A stretch of 39,935 bases of DNA from an uncultured Candidatus Saccharibacteria bacterium. Its GTDB lineage: Bacteria; Patescibacteriota; Minisyncoccia; Phycocordibacterales; EsbW-18. The DNA lies in assembly GCA_964608145.1 (NCBI GenBank), contig CAZSMD010000002.1, forward strand, positions 1 to 39,935. The letters are read 5' to 3'. Below are positions 1 through 11,463 of the stretch, piece by piece (the stretch's first letter is position 1; each line of letters begins with the position of its first letter). Both the position numbers and the translations under genes were made by a program. The notes under the pieces are model-generated. The model had not been told where the DNA came from, did no database searches, and saw nothing but the letters and a program-made list of their open reading frames with translations.

Positions 1-110
1 GGAGTTTCAGCATAAACCGTTCCGAGGACTTCAAATCCTTCGGCGAGAAACTTGTCAGCGAGCGCCTTTCCGATTCCTTTTCCAATACCCGTAATAAGTG
101 CCGTCTTCAT
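1..110 (-). CDS. short-chain dehydrogenase/reductase (SDR), N-terminal fragment running off the window edge
   Basis: The reverse complement of 1-110 reads MKTALITGIGKGIGKALADKFLAEGFEVLGTVYAET..., with ATG at 108-110. It carries the TGxxxGIG Rossmann motif of classical SDRs. It is absent from the ORF track because it is truncated. Confidence 0.6.
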   Translation of the reverse strand, partial: MKTALITGIGKGIGKALADKFLAEGFEVLGTVYAET

Positions 111-137
111 AGCTCTAGGATACCATAGTTGATTTTT

Positions 138-2177
<2,040 letters not shown>

Positions 2178-2186
2178 AACGGGTTA

Positions 2187-3461
2187 TTATAGCGTTTTTC
2201 GGCGGTACATGAGGTGGTAGAGCCACTCCCAGGCAACCCGGAATTTTAAGTCCCATCGCACAACCGAAAACACGTAGATAATATGCGCAAGGTGCCACGC
2301 AAGCAAACCGGAGAATTTGTATCCGAAAATCTCGGCAATACCATAATGCTTTCCTATCGGCACAAGGAACCCGCGCGCTTGTACTCTGAAGGAAGTTGGT
2401 TTTTTGCCCTGCAGCATCTTCAAAATGTTTTTTGCCGCATGACGACCCTGGCGAACGGCGAACTGCGCCTGCATACCGTATGAACCGCCCCCCTCTTTCG
2501 GAACATGCGCCGTGTCACCGACAACAAAAATGTGTTCCTTCCCTTCAAGATTCAGTGTCGGGGTCACAAAAATCCTTCCGCGGTCATCATGCGACACCGG
2601 CGGTTGTGAAGTCGTCTGCACCGGTGACCCCGAAACACCGCCGGTCCAAACTATTGTCCGGGACGGTATATATCCTTTGCTGGTTTTTATGCCCCTGTCC
2701 GTGATTTCGAGGATATCCGTGCTGGCGGACACCGCAACACACGGAAGCTGCGCAAGCCGCTCACTCGCTTTTGCACCAAGCCATGCATTTCCCCCAAGTG
2801 TTATTTCTTCCCCTTTGTTGATGAGAATAACACGCGCAAAATCACAGAGGTCGGGATACTTTTTCGCAAGCTCTTTTGAAAACAAGTCCGAGAGTTCTCC
2901 AACAAGCTCGACACCGGTCACACCGGCACCCACAGAGATAAAGGTGAGCTGCTCCTCTTTCTCCGCGCGGGTGTTTGCTTTTTTTGCCTTCTGAAACTGC
3001 TCAAGAATATGCGCCTTCAGTTTTTCGGCATCAGCGAGCGAACGCAGCTGAAACAAATGCTCTGCCCCGCCCGGAATGTTCGGCAGCGCCGGCGACGATC
3101 CCGTCGCCATAACGAGCCAGTCGAACGAAAACGTCAGACGTTCTCCTTTTGCGTCAACGGTTATGTACTTTTTGTCCGCATCAACGGCGACGACGCGTCC
3201 GCACAGAAGCTCTGTTTGCGGACATGCAATGTATTTCGAAAGCGGCCACGAAATGACGCTCCCCGGAATCGCGCATGTTGCAACTTCATGAATCAACGGA
3301 ATGTGTACGAACAATGCATTGTCGGAAATCAGCAAAAGTTCATATGAGCCGTCGCGACACGCCGAAAGAGTGCGGTAGGCACTGACCCCGGCGAATCCCC
3401 CGCCGACGATAATGATTCTCTGTGGATAACTCTCCTCTCTACCTTTTGCCATAGGTATCAT
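2187..3461 (-). CDS. ndh: type II NADH:quinone oxidoreductase (NDH-2) / FAD-dependent pyridine nucleotide-disulfide oxidoreductase
   Basis: 424 aa. There is an N-terminal IIIVGGGFAGV FAD fold and a second dinucleotide fold (SVGAGVTGVE). The FVVGD motif and an amphipathic, hydrophobic C-terminus are typical of NDH-2. Confidence 0.85.
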   Translation of the reverse strand: MIPMAKGREESYPQRIIIVGGGFAGVSAYRTLSACRDGSYELLLISDNALFVHIPLIHEVATCAIPGSVISWPLSKYIACPQTELLCGRVVAVDADKKYITVDAKGERLTFSFDWLVMATGSSPALPNIPGGAEHLFQLRSLADAEKLKAHILEQFQKAKKANTRAEKEEQLTFISVGAGVTGVELVGELSDLFSKELAKKYPDLCDFARVILINKGEEITLGGNAWLGAKASERLAQLPCVAVSASTDILEITDRGIKTSKGYIPSRTIVWTGGVSGSPVQTTSQPPVSHDDRGRIFVTPTLNLEGKEHIFVVGDTAHVPKEGGGSYGMQAQFAVRQGRHAAKNILKMLQGKKPTSFRVQARGFLVPIGKHYGIAEIFGYKFSGLLAWHLAHIIYVFSVVRWDLKFRVAWEWLYHLMYRRKTL

Positions 3462-3588
3462 TATACCATAATTACGGCTTAAAATAAAGGTTAAATCAGA
3501 AAAATAAAATTTTTATCAAAAGTGTTCTTGGCGGGTTTTCAAAACATATAGTACAGTACCTTCCTATACCAGACGTAACCACACATAT

Positions 3589-4275
3589 ATGCGGGTTCTA
3601 GTTGTTGAGGATGATATGAGCATCGGCAACTTCTTGAGATCCACCTTGGAACAAGAGCATTTTGCGGTTGACCTTGCAACCGACGGCGAGCGCGGGGCAT
3701 ATCTCGGAAAGACAAACGACTACGACCTCATTGTGCTCGACAACGTCACGCCGAAAAAACACGGGCTCTCCGTGTGTAAAGACATCAGAGCGTCCGGCAA
3801 ACAAACGCCCATCCTCTCGCTCTCGGTACAGTCGGACTTGGCGACGAAGGTGGCGCTCCTCAATGCGGGGGCTGACGACTACCTCACAAAACCATTCTCT
3901 GCTCACGAACTCCTGGCGCGCATACGCGCCATTTTACGTCGCCCGAACGCAATCCTCGGAGAAGTACTGACGCTTGACGATCTTGTTCTCGACACGCGCA
4001 AGCATACCGTGACGCGTGACGGGATGCCGATTACCCTCACGCGAAAGGAATTCATGCTGCTTGCATATTTGGTCAGAAATCAGAACGTGGCAATCCCACG
4101 TTCTGAACTTTTAGAGCATGTATGGGACCTTGCAATTGACCCGTTTTCAAACACCATTGAGTCGCACATCTTTACGCTTCGAAAGAAAATCGATCGTAAA
4201 GGAAAGAAAAAACTTATTCACACGGTCTCCGGTACAGGGTACAAGGCGGCCGTTTTTGTTCCGTCCGGCATATGA
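3589..4275 (+). CDS. OmpR/PhoB-family response regulator (receiver plus winged-helix DNA-binding domain)
   Basis: 228 aa. Receiver motifs are MRVLVVEDD, the phospho-acceptor region DLIVLD, and ADDYLTKPF. The C-terminus has an OmpR-type trans_reg_C signature (LTRKEFMLLAYL ... TVSGTGY). Confidence 0.9.
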   Translation: MRVLVVEDDMSIGNFLRSTLEQEHFAVDLATDGERGAYLGKTNDYDLIVLDNVTPKKHGLSVCKDIRASGKQTPILSLSVQSDLATKVALLNAGADDYLTKPFSAHELLARIRAILRRPNAILGEVLTLDDLVLDTRKHTVTRDGMPITLTRKEFMLLAYLVRNQNVAIPRSELLEHVWDLAIDPFSNTIESHIFTLRKKIDRKGKKKLIHTVSGTGYKAAVFVPSGI

Positions 4276-5015
4276 AATACATTTCCTCGCATCACGCGTG
4301 TATACCCGCGAAAAAAGCACCGAAAATGCGTACAGGGCTTCGCGAGCAAGCGCTAGCCGATATTGCTCACAGCTTACAGACCCCGCTTGCCATACTCAAA
4401 AGCGAGCTTTTCTTCCTGAAGCAGGAACACCCGGGAAACGGCCGCGCGCTCATGTGCGACAGGCTCATTGACACTGTTTCGCAGAGCGTCAACGCATTCC
4501 TGCATATTTCCACACTGGAGCACGCGCTCCGAGACGAGCCGCCTGCAGACACACGCCTAGATACTGTCATTACCGATGTGTGCACCCACATGAGTCCCCT
4601 GGCGGACATTCACGGCATAACCATCATCCGAGAAATCAGCCAGCCGGTGCACGTCATAGGTGTACGGAACAAACTCTACGAACTCGCCATGAACATCATG
4701 AGCAACAGCATAAAATACATGGGGTTCGGCAAAAAACGGGAAATTCGGGTCACACTCTCGCACACTTCCCGCGTTGCGCGCCTTTCAATTGCCGATACGG
4801 GCCTGGGAATTCCTTCTTCTGATATTCCCCACCTCTATACTTCCCTTTTTAGAGGCACCAACGGCGCGAAAAACCGGAGCATCCAGGGAAGCGGGCTCGG
4901 TCTTGCTATCGTTAAAAAAATTGTTGATGCACATCACGGGAGCATACAGACAAAAAGCGCCCCGGGAAGAGGCACTGAAACCGTCATCCGCATTCCGCTT
5001 GCACACAAACATTAA
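4272..5015 (+). CDS. histidine kinase, DHp plus catalytic domains only (no transmembrane or sensor domain)
   Basis: 247 aa. Its start overlaps the regulator's stop in an ATGA junction. It has an H-box (DIAHSLQTPLAIL), an N-box (NIMSNSIKY), and G-boxes (DTGLGI, GSGLGLAIV). I see no hydrophobic segment. Confidence 0.85.
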   Translation: MKYISSHHACIPAKKAPKMRTGLREQALADIAHSLQTPLAILKSELFFLKQEHPGNGRALMCDRLIDTVSQSVNAFLHISTLEHALRDEPPADTRLDTVITDVCTHMSPLADIHGITIIREISQPVHVIGVRNKLYELAMNIMSNSIKYMGFGKKREIRVTLSHTSRVARLSIADTGLGIPSSDIPHLYTSLFRGTNGAKNRSIQGSGLGLAIVKKIVDAHHGSIQTKSAPGRGTETVIRIPLAHKH

Positions 5016-5689
5016 CGCCGCGTATCACTGACAATCATGCCGTCTTCGAGGTGGATGATGCGGTCTGCGTATGCGGCATACTCGGGTTCGTGGGTCACCA
5101 TGATGATTGTCTGCTCTTTTTTCTGATGCAGTTCATTCATCACATTCATGACGTCCTGGCCCGATACACTGTCGAGGTTAGCGGTCGGCTCATCGGCAAA
5201 CAGAATATCCGGTTCATGCGCAATCGCGCGCGCAATTGAAACGCGCTGCTGTTCTCCGCCGGAAAGCTGGCTCGGGCGGTTATCGTGTCTGTGTGCGAGC
5301 CCGACTGAGTCAAGCGCCGCAAACGAGCGCTCCGTTGCTTCGTGTTTTGAAAGCCCCAGCATCATCATGGGAATAAGCACGTTTTCCGCAGCAGAAAGCT
5401 CGGGAATAAGCGCATAGTCCTGAAAGATATACCCCAGGTGTCTAAGGCGGAAATCCGTCCGTTCCCGTTCTGAAAACTCCTCGGTATTAATGCCGTCAAC
5501 AATAATCTCCCCGCCCGTCGGTTTGTCGAGAAGGCTCATTTGGTACAAGAGTGTAGATTTTCCCGCACCGGATTTACCCATGATGGCGACGAACTCACCT
5601 TTTTCAATGCGCACATCAATGCCACGAAGCACTTTCGTGATAACTTCGCCGTTGCCGAAATTTTTTATGAGTTGTTTTACTTCAATCAT
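5012..5689 (-). CDS. ABC transporter ATP-binding protein (MacB/LolD type)
   Basis: 225 aa with Walker [10 protein letters not shown], the signature LSGGEQQR and Walker B ILFADEP. Its stop overlaps the kinase's stop by 4 nt in convergent orientation. Confidence 0.9.
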   Translation of the reverse strand: MIEVKQLIKNFGNGEVITKVLRGIDVRIEKGEFVAIMGKSGAGKSTLLYQMSLLDKPTGGEIIVDGINTEEFSERERTDFRLRHLGYIFQDYALIPELSAAENVLIPMMMLGLSKHEATERSFAALDSVGLAHRHDNRPSQLSGGEQQRVSIARAIAHEPDILFADEPTANLDSVSGQDVMNVMNELHQKKEQTIIMVTHEPEYAAYADRIIHLEDGMIVSDTRR

Positions 5690-5698
5690 ACGGATTTC

Positions 5699-6964
5699 TT
5701 ATCTGCCGAGAATTGAATCAAGCGTATTTCGTTTAATAATCATCCACGCGGGAATATAACCGGCGATAAGGGTCGAAACCACGAGGATGATGAGTTTGGT
5801 GATTGTGCTCCCGAGCGGAGCTACAAGAATACCGTCGGAGAACGGAAAATCAATCGGGTGCGAATTAAAGAAGGGCACCATGAGGCCGTAGATAATAACA
5901 AGCGCAAAACCGGAACCGACGAGCGCATAGAGAAGCGACTGAAAGACGTAGGAAAGCTCGATGGCACCTGCGCGCACGCCGATACCTTTAAGAATACCTA
6001 TGTACTTTCTCCGCGTAATGGCATTGACGAAAATAACGATAAAGATGGTGATCGAAGACACCATGAGCCCGACGGAGCTGATGCCGTTTCCGAGCATCGC
6101 AAACGTCGCAATCATGTCAATGAGAAACTGGGGCAATCCTTCGCGCGAAAGCCGCACGACTGCAGTATCGCCGATGCCGCTGTCTAGAAGCGACTGCTTG
6201 ACCGCCGGCGCCTGCGCAATGTCATCAACTCGGATAGCCACCTCATTCACGTTCAAGTCGGTCCTGCCGGCAAGACGGATAAATTCCTTCTCGGGAAGAA
6301 AAGCGCGCATCGAGACCTGGTCTACTTTCGTTTTGACGATTCCCTTGACGATGTACTCCTTCGTCGCCTCGCCGACGGTTACCCGGATGCGTGATCCGAT
6401 TTGTACATTCGAGAGTGTGGGAAAACCGTATTCGTCCCCCTGCCCCAACGGCGAATACTGCTCGAGGTTCATCGAGCCGAGCATGATGTAATTTGAATCG
6501 TCAGAGGTGAGATATTCCCCCTCGATTACCTTATCTGAAAGATTGGTCACCGCGTCTTCGATTTCCGGGTTTATTCCGGCCAATGTCGTCCCCACGGTGT
6601 CCCTGAGAGCCTGCGGGTCACGTCGCTCGCGGTAATTTGCCTCGAGCCGCACGCTTTGCGTAAAACGCGCACTGTAGCCCTTGATGCCGGGAAGCGTGTC
6701 GAGTGCGGCAATAATGCTTCTGCTTTGATCAATGCTGTCTTTACCGACTTTTGTGGAAAGAAAAATATCGCCCGTGTACTGGTCGCTGTAGGCTTTCACC
6801 GAACCTTCGATAAGTCCCACCAAAATACCGGAAACCGCCACAAGGTTGAGGAACGTGAGCATCATGATAAAAATGATGAGGCCCGTCGTCCACACGCTTG
6901 CGTGGCGTATTTGCCGGACTCCAAGCAGGAGGCCGACGCGTAATGTTTCCTTCCACATCTTCAT
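5699..6964 (-). CDS. ABC transporter permease, FtsX/MacB-like with a large extracytoplasmic domain
   Basis: 421 aa. One N-terminal TM helix is followed by a ~240-aa soluble domain and three C-terminal TM helices. The RRKYIGILKGIG motif is typical of the FtsX family. Confidence 0.85.
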   Translation of the reverse strand: MKMWKETLRVGLLLGVRQIRHASVWTTGLIIFIMMLTFLNLVAVSGILVGLIEGSVKAYSDQYTGDIFLSTKVGKDSIDQSRSIIAALDTLPGIKGYSARFTQSVRLEANYRERRDPQALRDTVGTTLAGINPEIEDAVTNLSDKVIEGEYLTSDDSNYIMLGSMNLEQYSPLGQGDEYGFPTLSNVQIGSRIRVTVGEATKEYIVKGIVKTKVDQVSMRAFLPEKEFIRLAGRTDLNVNEVAIRVDDIAQAPAVKQSLLDSGIGDTAVVRLSREGLPQFLIDMIATFAMLGNGISSVGLMVSSITIFIVIFVNAITRRKYIGILKGIGVRAGAIELSYVFQSLLYALVGSGFALVIIYGLMVPFFNSHPIDFPFSDGILVAPLGSTITKLIILVVSTLIAGYIPAWMIIKRNTLDSILGR

Positions 6965-6967
6965 AGT

Positions 6968-8401
6968 TTATGAGGCGATGAGCACCTGGTCCCCCGAAGA
7001 GAGGCCCGCGCGCACCTCAAACATCGCGTCTGAACCGCGAAGACCGAGCACGAGTTCTTTTTCTACCGGGTCACTTCCGTCGCTCTGCTGAACAAGGACA
7101 AACGGCGTACCGTCTTCCCGATACTTGATTGCCCGCGCAGGAACAGCGAGCACGTCCTTCCGCTCTTCGGTAACAATACGCGCCTCGGCAGTCATACCCG
7201 AAGCAATGCGTTCATCGGTTGTGTCAAAAGCAATGCGCGCTTCATACACGGCAACATTATCCACCAGTGTCTCTGCCCTGTTGACGGACACGACGGTTCC
7301 TCCAAACACCACGTTCTCGCCAAACGCATCAAGTGTTATCGTTGCTTTGTTGCCGACACGAACCTTAACGCTGTCTACCTCAGGAAGATCTATTTCAACT
7401 CCAAACCCTCCCTGAGAAATAAGTGATATCGCCGGTGAACCTGTAGACACGGACTCCCCCGGGTCTATCGAAACAGATGTAACAATGCCGTCAAACGGCG
7501 CAATGAGCGTGCGTTCGCTTATCTGTGCCTGAATACGTGCAACGCTTGCCTCTGCCTGTGCAAGCTGCGCTTCTGCTATTGATGAGCCTGCCTCCTGAGC
7601 ACGAATATCGGCTTCTGCCTCTTCAACTGCCCGGTTTCGTTCATCAACCGCAGAAAGATAGGCGCTGTAGTTTACAGCATATGAAGCCCCTTCCTCGTTA
7701 GGAAGAACCACAAGCCAGGTTGTGTCTTCATATGAAGAAATGTCGTCCGGGAAGGAAACGGAGAGCCCTCGTGTTCCAATTGGCGTTGTCCCCGTCTTGC
7801 TGATAGCCACCGGTTCCGGCTGCTCAAGACCAAAAACAGCGAGGAACTGCTTTGACTGCTGCGCCGAACCGATAACACGAAGCTTGTACACGCCCTCTCC
7901 TCCGGAATAGCGCCCTGTAATGACCGGCGGTGTCTGTGTGTAGGTGGAGCTCTGCGGTTCCGCAATGAGATCATCAGAAAGCAGTTCACTCAATGCGTTC
8001 GCAACGAGCGTATCTTGCTTTTGACGTATGGTGTCAAGATTTGTGGTTGTATTGGCAAGCTCCGCGCGCCTGATGAGCACGTCTGCTTGTGCCGACTGCA
8101 AATCCGCGAGCAGTGTCCCGAGCGACAGTTGTGCCAGCACAGTCCCTTGTGTCACGGCGTCGCCCTCTTTCACAAACACACTTCGAACCGCACCAGATGC
8201 TTCAAAGCCGAGGTCAGAAACGATATCCGCCTGCACAGAGCCCGCAAGAATCACCTCATCAACGATGTTACGCCGTTCGACAGAAAAGATTTCATGCTCG
8301 CCGTTACCGTTTTTGAATGCGGCAAAACCGCCGACAACCAGAATAACAATGGCTCCCGCGGCACCATAAAGCACCTTTTTATTTTGTAAGAGTTTCTGCA
8401 T
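6968..8401 (-). CDS. HlyD-family periplasmic adaptor (membrane fusion protein)
   Basis: 477 aa. It has an N-terminal anchor, a lipoyl-like half (GDAVTQGTVLAQL ... APFDGIVTSV), a coiled-coil hairpin and a beta-barrel. It sits immediately upstream of the permease and ATPase genes. Confidence 0.8.
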   Translation of the reverse strand: MQKLLQNKKVLYGAAGAIVILVVGGFAAFKNGNGEHEIFSVERRNIVDEVILAGSVQADIVSDLGFEASGAVRSVFVKEGDAVTQGTVLAQLSLGTLLADLQSAQADVLIRRAELANTTTNLDTIRQKQDTLVANALSELLSDDLIAEPQSSTYTQTPPVITGRYSGGEGVYKLRVIGSAQQSKQFLAVFGLEQPEPVAISKTGTTPIGTRGLSVSFPDDISSYEDTTWLVVLPNEEGASYAVNYSAYLSAVDERNRAVEEAEADIRAQEAGSSIAEAQLAQAEASVARIQAQISERTLIAPFDGIVTSVSIDPGESVSTGSPAISLISQGGFGVEIDLPEVDSVKVRVGNKATITLDAFGENVVFGGTVVSVNRAETLVDNVAVYEARIAFDTTDERIASGMTAEARIVTEERKDVLAVPARAIKYREDGTPFVLVQQSDGSDPVEKELVLGLRGSDAMFEVRAGLSSGDQVLIAS

Positions 8402-8473
8402 AGTGACTTAGTATAGCACAGAAAATGACACCCTGCACCGTTTTTTTGTGAAGCGGCGGCGCGCACAAAACTA

Positions 8474-9100
8474 TTACCGCTGAAGCAGGTTGGGAAACAG
8501 CTTTGAAAAGAGCGTCGTGCTGCTTCCCGAAATGTTAAAGATGAGAGCAAGCGTAAACAGGAGTAATGAAAGCTTTGTGTCAAAAAAACTGATAAGAATG
8601 GCGAGCGCAGCCGTGTATACCGGAACCAGGATGCGGAGTGTCATGTGTTGCAGCTGTACGGGAGTTGTTTCCGCATTTCGTATTGTCGGAGAAGCGATGA
8701 TGTACCCCCGCATCCAGTACAGCAGAAGACCGATGACGATGACATTGAGACCGTACAGCGCAATCGCCGCCTGTGTTTCAAAGTACCGGCCGACCAAAAG
8801 CGTCGTAAACGGAACAAGACCGACAAAAAGGAAGAAGAAGGCGTTGATGGTCGTCAGTTTGCTGTCTATGTTTTGCGCGAGAACCGACGCAATGGAGTGG
8901 TGCCCGCGCCAATACGTAAAGAGGAGCAGAAAACTCAGCACATACGCGAGTATAGACGGCACTGCGCTCTCAAGAGCCACGATGAGCGAGCCGTTCGAAG
9001 CCAAACCGTTGAGCACCGGAATATGCAAATCGAGCACCAAAAGCGTCATGACGATGGCAAAAATGCCGTCTGCCAGAGAGTCCAAACGAGCCTGTTTCAT
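8474..9100 (-). CDS. TMEM175/DUF1211-family membrane protein (putative K+ channel)
   Basis: 208 aa with six predicted TM helices. The N-terminal signature RLDSLADGIFAIVMTLLVLDL matches the RxxxFSDGxxAIxxTLLVL motif of prokaryotic TMEM175 homologues. Confidence 0.75.
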   Translation of the reverse strand: MKQARLDSLADGIFAIVMTLLVLDLHIPVLNGLASNGSLIVALESAVPSILAYVLSFLLLFTYWRGHHSIASVLAQNIDSKLTTINAFFFLFVGLVPFTTLLVGRYFETQAAIALYGLNVIVIGLLLYWMRGYIIASPTIRNAETTPVQLQHMTLRILVPVYTAALAILISFFDTKLSLLLFTLALIFNISGSSTTLFSKLFPNLLQR

Positions 9101-9175
9101 GCATCCAGTATACCCCGTTTAAGACATTCTTCTATCCACAGCCGCCCTTCCTGTTTTCTTTCGCCCAGGGTGGGC

Positions 9176-9181
9176 TATACT
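9176..9181 (+). promoter_or_regulatory. candidate -10 element TATACT, 7 nt upstream of the ATG at 9189 (leaderless or near-leaderless)
   Basis: GGGCTATACTACAGGATATG. The same 11-mer GGGCTATACTA recurs at 35296-35306 with identical spacing to an ATG. Confidence 0.45.
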
Positions 9182-9188
9182 ACAGGAT

Positions 9189-9599
9189 ATGGACAGTACG
9201 GCAGTGCGCCACAAATTACTCTTCGTCGACGACGATCTCTTTTTTCTTGACCTCTACAGCAGAAAAGCACAGCAGTACGACCTTGAGATGAAAACGGCCA
9301 ATGGCGCCGAGGAGGCCTTCAAAAAACTCGATGAGGGGTTCGTCCCCGATCTCTTTGTTGTTGACTTGGACATGCCGAACATCAGCGGCTTTGAGTTCAT
9401 CGAAGAACTCAAAAAGCGCGGCATTACCGACAAAGCGTACATCGTTATTCTGACAAATAAGAACGACCCGTACTTCATCCAGAAATCAAAAGAATACAAT
9501 GTCGACCGCTACATCATCAAAGCAACACGCGTGCCTTCAGAGGTCATGGAGGAACTTGTCGACCTGCTCAAAGCAGGGAGCAAAACTCCCGCACAATAA
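9189..9599 (+). CDS. stand-alone response-regulator receiver domain (CheY-like)
   Basis: 136 aa. Acidic pocket FVDDD, phospho-acceptor FVVDLDMP, and a conserved K in YIIKA. There is no output domain. Confidence 0.85.
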   Translation: MDSTAVRHKLLFVDDDLFFLDLYSRKAQQYDLEMKTANGAEEAFKKLDEGFVPDLFVVDLDMPNISGFEFIEELKKRGITDKAYIVILTNKNDPYFIQKSKEYNVDRYIIKATRVPSEVMEELVDLLKAGSKTPAQ

Positions 9600-9619
9600 T
9601 TCTTTCCATTTGTGTATTT

Positions 9620-9649
9620 AAAAAACCGGCTATGCAGCCGGTTTTTTTT
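9620..9649. terminator. bidirectional rho-independent terminator between convergent genes
   Basis: AAAAAA-CCGGCT-ATGC-AGCCGG-TTTTTTTT. The last codons of the kinase gene lie inside the stem. Confidence 0.6.
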
Positions 9650-11288
9650 CTTCAACAGACGCCGCCGGCAGTTCCACAGAGAACACACTTCCCTTCCCCG
9701 GGCCTTCTGATTCTGCCCAAATACGCCCTTTGTGCGCATCGACGATTTTTTTCGCGATATAGAGTCCGTATCCTGTACTGTGGATGTTCACCTTTCGTGA
9801 ATCTTTGCCGTGACCGCCTTCCTTAAAGAGCACCTCTTTGTCTTCGTCGTTTATGCCGATACCGGTGTCTTTGATTTGTAACGTATACACACCGGAATCA
9901 TTCTTTGACAAGGACACATCAACGGAGCCTTTTGGCGTGTAATTGAGAGCATTGTTGATAAGGTTGCGGAGCACGTGGGTTTCAAGCTGCACTTTGTCCG
10001 CAGTAATCATGTATGCGCCGTCCGCGATATGTGTCGCAATTGAAAGACCTTTTGCCTCTGCATCTTTTCTCGCCTCTTCGACAAGACGTATGACGGTTTC
10101 CTTGAGGTCAAATGGAGCGGGGTTAAGCACCAGCTCGTGTCCTGATTCAAGAATTGTCGTGATGGAATCAATAAGCGTGTGCGTATCGGCAAAAGACTGC
10201 TTGAGAAACGGTTTTGCGTCGTCCGGAACAACACCCAAATCACCTTCGATGAGCGCGTTGAACATGTCCTTGTTTTTCCCGAGAACCGCCTTAACATCAT
10301 GGCTCAAGATACTGTTGACGTTCTTCAGCCGTCGGGCAAGATCCTCGATTTCCTCTCGCTGGCGAACCTCTTTTTTGACGCTACGGACGAGGAGAATACC
10401 GCCGATGACTGAGATGAAGAACGTGGCGCCGTTAAGAACGCGGTTTCCAGACGATGCGATGAAGAAAAATTGTGACCCGATAAGAATGGAGAGGGAGACC
10501 GAGAGCGCCTGCGTTGCGATAAGGCGGATATCGAATGCTTTGTAACGGATAATCAAGTACGAGAGAAAGGCAATAAAAATAGGCATTCCAAACAGCCCCC
10601 ACTGCGGAATACGCCAGTCATTAGTAATCGTACCAATGATGTTTCCGAAAGAGAGCGTCAGGAGAAAAAGCAGGATACCCACGGTCACAAGAATTATTTG
10701 ATGACGAAGCGTAGGATTATTTTTTACCTTTCGAAAACGCTCCATGGTAAATATCACTATCCAAAGGGTGTAGATGACTTCAATAAGGTAGCCAAATTGG
10801 GTTAATGGTCCCTCAATCGCTTCACGGTCGCAACTAATTAGGTTGTAACCGAGCAGCGCAAGATCTGTATGTGCAAGCAAGAGTGTCGGAATTAGTAAAA
10901 GTCCGATGACAATCTTGTTTTGAAGCGTTGTGTCCTCTCCGGTGATAAAAACCTGTATAAAATACAAACCCGCCGCATAAATAACGGGCTCAATGATGAC
11001 CATCAACGACCAGAAAAAAATTGTCAGGTGGGGTTTGTCGGTCGCCCACAGAATGAGATCAAAAAAGACCCACGCGGAAAAAAGGCTCGTAATAAAGAAA
11101 AGTATTCTTGTAGGCAGTAATCGCGGGTTTTTATAAAGCACAAAAAAGCCGATTGTAAGGGAGAGGATGAGCGGTACGATGTGGGAGTAGTAGATAAAAG
11201 GATCGAAGACATTCTCGGAAACAACCAGAAAATCCGTGGTATCCCACGCGCAGGCTGCCATGAGGTTTTGAACCACACTACTGTACAT
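9630..11288 (-). CDS. polytopic membrane sensor histidine kinase
   Basis: 552 aa. About 9 N-terminal TM helices are followed by an H-box (ILSHDVKA), an N-box (NLINNALNYT) and G-boxes (DTGIGI, GYGLYIAKKIV). Confidence 0.85.
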   Translation of the reverse strand: MYSSVVQNLMAACAWDTTDFLVVSENVFDPFIYYSHIVPLILSLTIGFFVLYKNPRLLPTRILFFITSLFSAWVFFDLILWATDKPHLTIFFWSLMVIIEPVIYAAGLYFIQVFITGEDTTLQNKIVIGLLLIPTLLLAHTDLALLGYNLISCDREAIEGPLTQFGYLIEVIYTLWIVIFTMERFRKVKNNPTLRHQIILVTVGILLFLLTLSFGNIIGTITNDWRIPQWGLFGMPIFIAFLSYLIIRYKAFDIRLIATQALSVSLSILIGSQFFFIASSGNRVLNGATFFISVIGGILLVRSVKKEVRQREEIEDLARRLKNVNSILSHDVKAVLGKNKDMFNALIEGDLGVVPDDAKPFLKQSFADTHTLIDSITTILESGHELVLNPAPFDLKETVIRLVEEARKDAEAKGLSIATHIADGAYMITADKVQLETHVLRNLINNALNYTPKGSVDVSLSKNDSGVYTLQIKDTGIGINDEDKEVLFKEGGHGKDSRKVNIHSTGYGLYIAKKIVDAHKGRIWAESEGPGKGSVFSVELPAASVEEKKPAA

Positions 11289-11463
11289 ACGAAGAGGTTG
11301 GTTCTGTGACCCTTTTAACTAAGTCTGTGTAGGCGGGAATATCATCCTCCGAAATAAAAATACTGAACCTGCCAAGGACAATCGTGTCATAGTAGGTAAA
11401 GAGGATAGACGCCAGTATAAACAGGAAGAAAACTACAAAGAAAATTTTTGACTCTTTTTTCAT
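11278..11463 (-). CDS. small single-pass membrane protein (hypothetical)
   Basis: 61 aa with one hydrophobic helix (IFFVVFFLFILASILF). Its ATG overlaps the SET gene's stop (ATGA), and its 3' end overlaps the kinase's start by 11 nt, which suggests translational coupling. Confidence 0.4.
   Translation of the reverse strand: MKKESKIFFVVFFLFILASILFTYYDTIVLGRFSIFISEDDIPAYTDLVKRVTEPTSSYVQ

Noticed and set aside
3462-3588. AT-rich divergent intergenic region between ndh and the response regulator, inspected for a clear -35/-10 pair or an SOS box for the ndh-uvrB run.
   Set aside because: Only partial hexamers with wrong spacing are present (TTGGCG to TATAGT is 13 nt), and there is no GAAC-N4-GTTC. 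The evidence is too weak to annotate.
8490-9122. A 210-aa plus-strand ORF, and 8645..9250 (201 aa), antisense to the TMEM175-like gene.
   Set aside because: Both are antisense shadow ORFs with low-complexity, Arg/Ser-rich translations and no motifs. The minus-strand product has a clear family signature.
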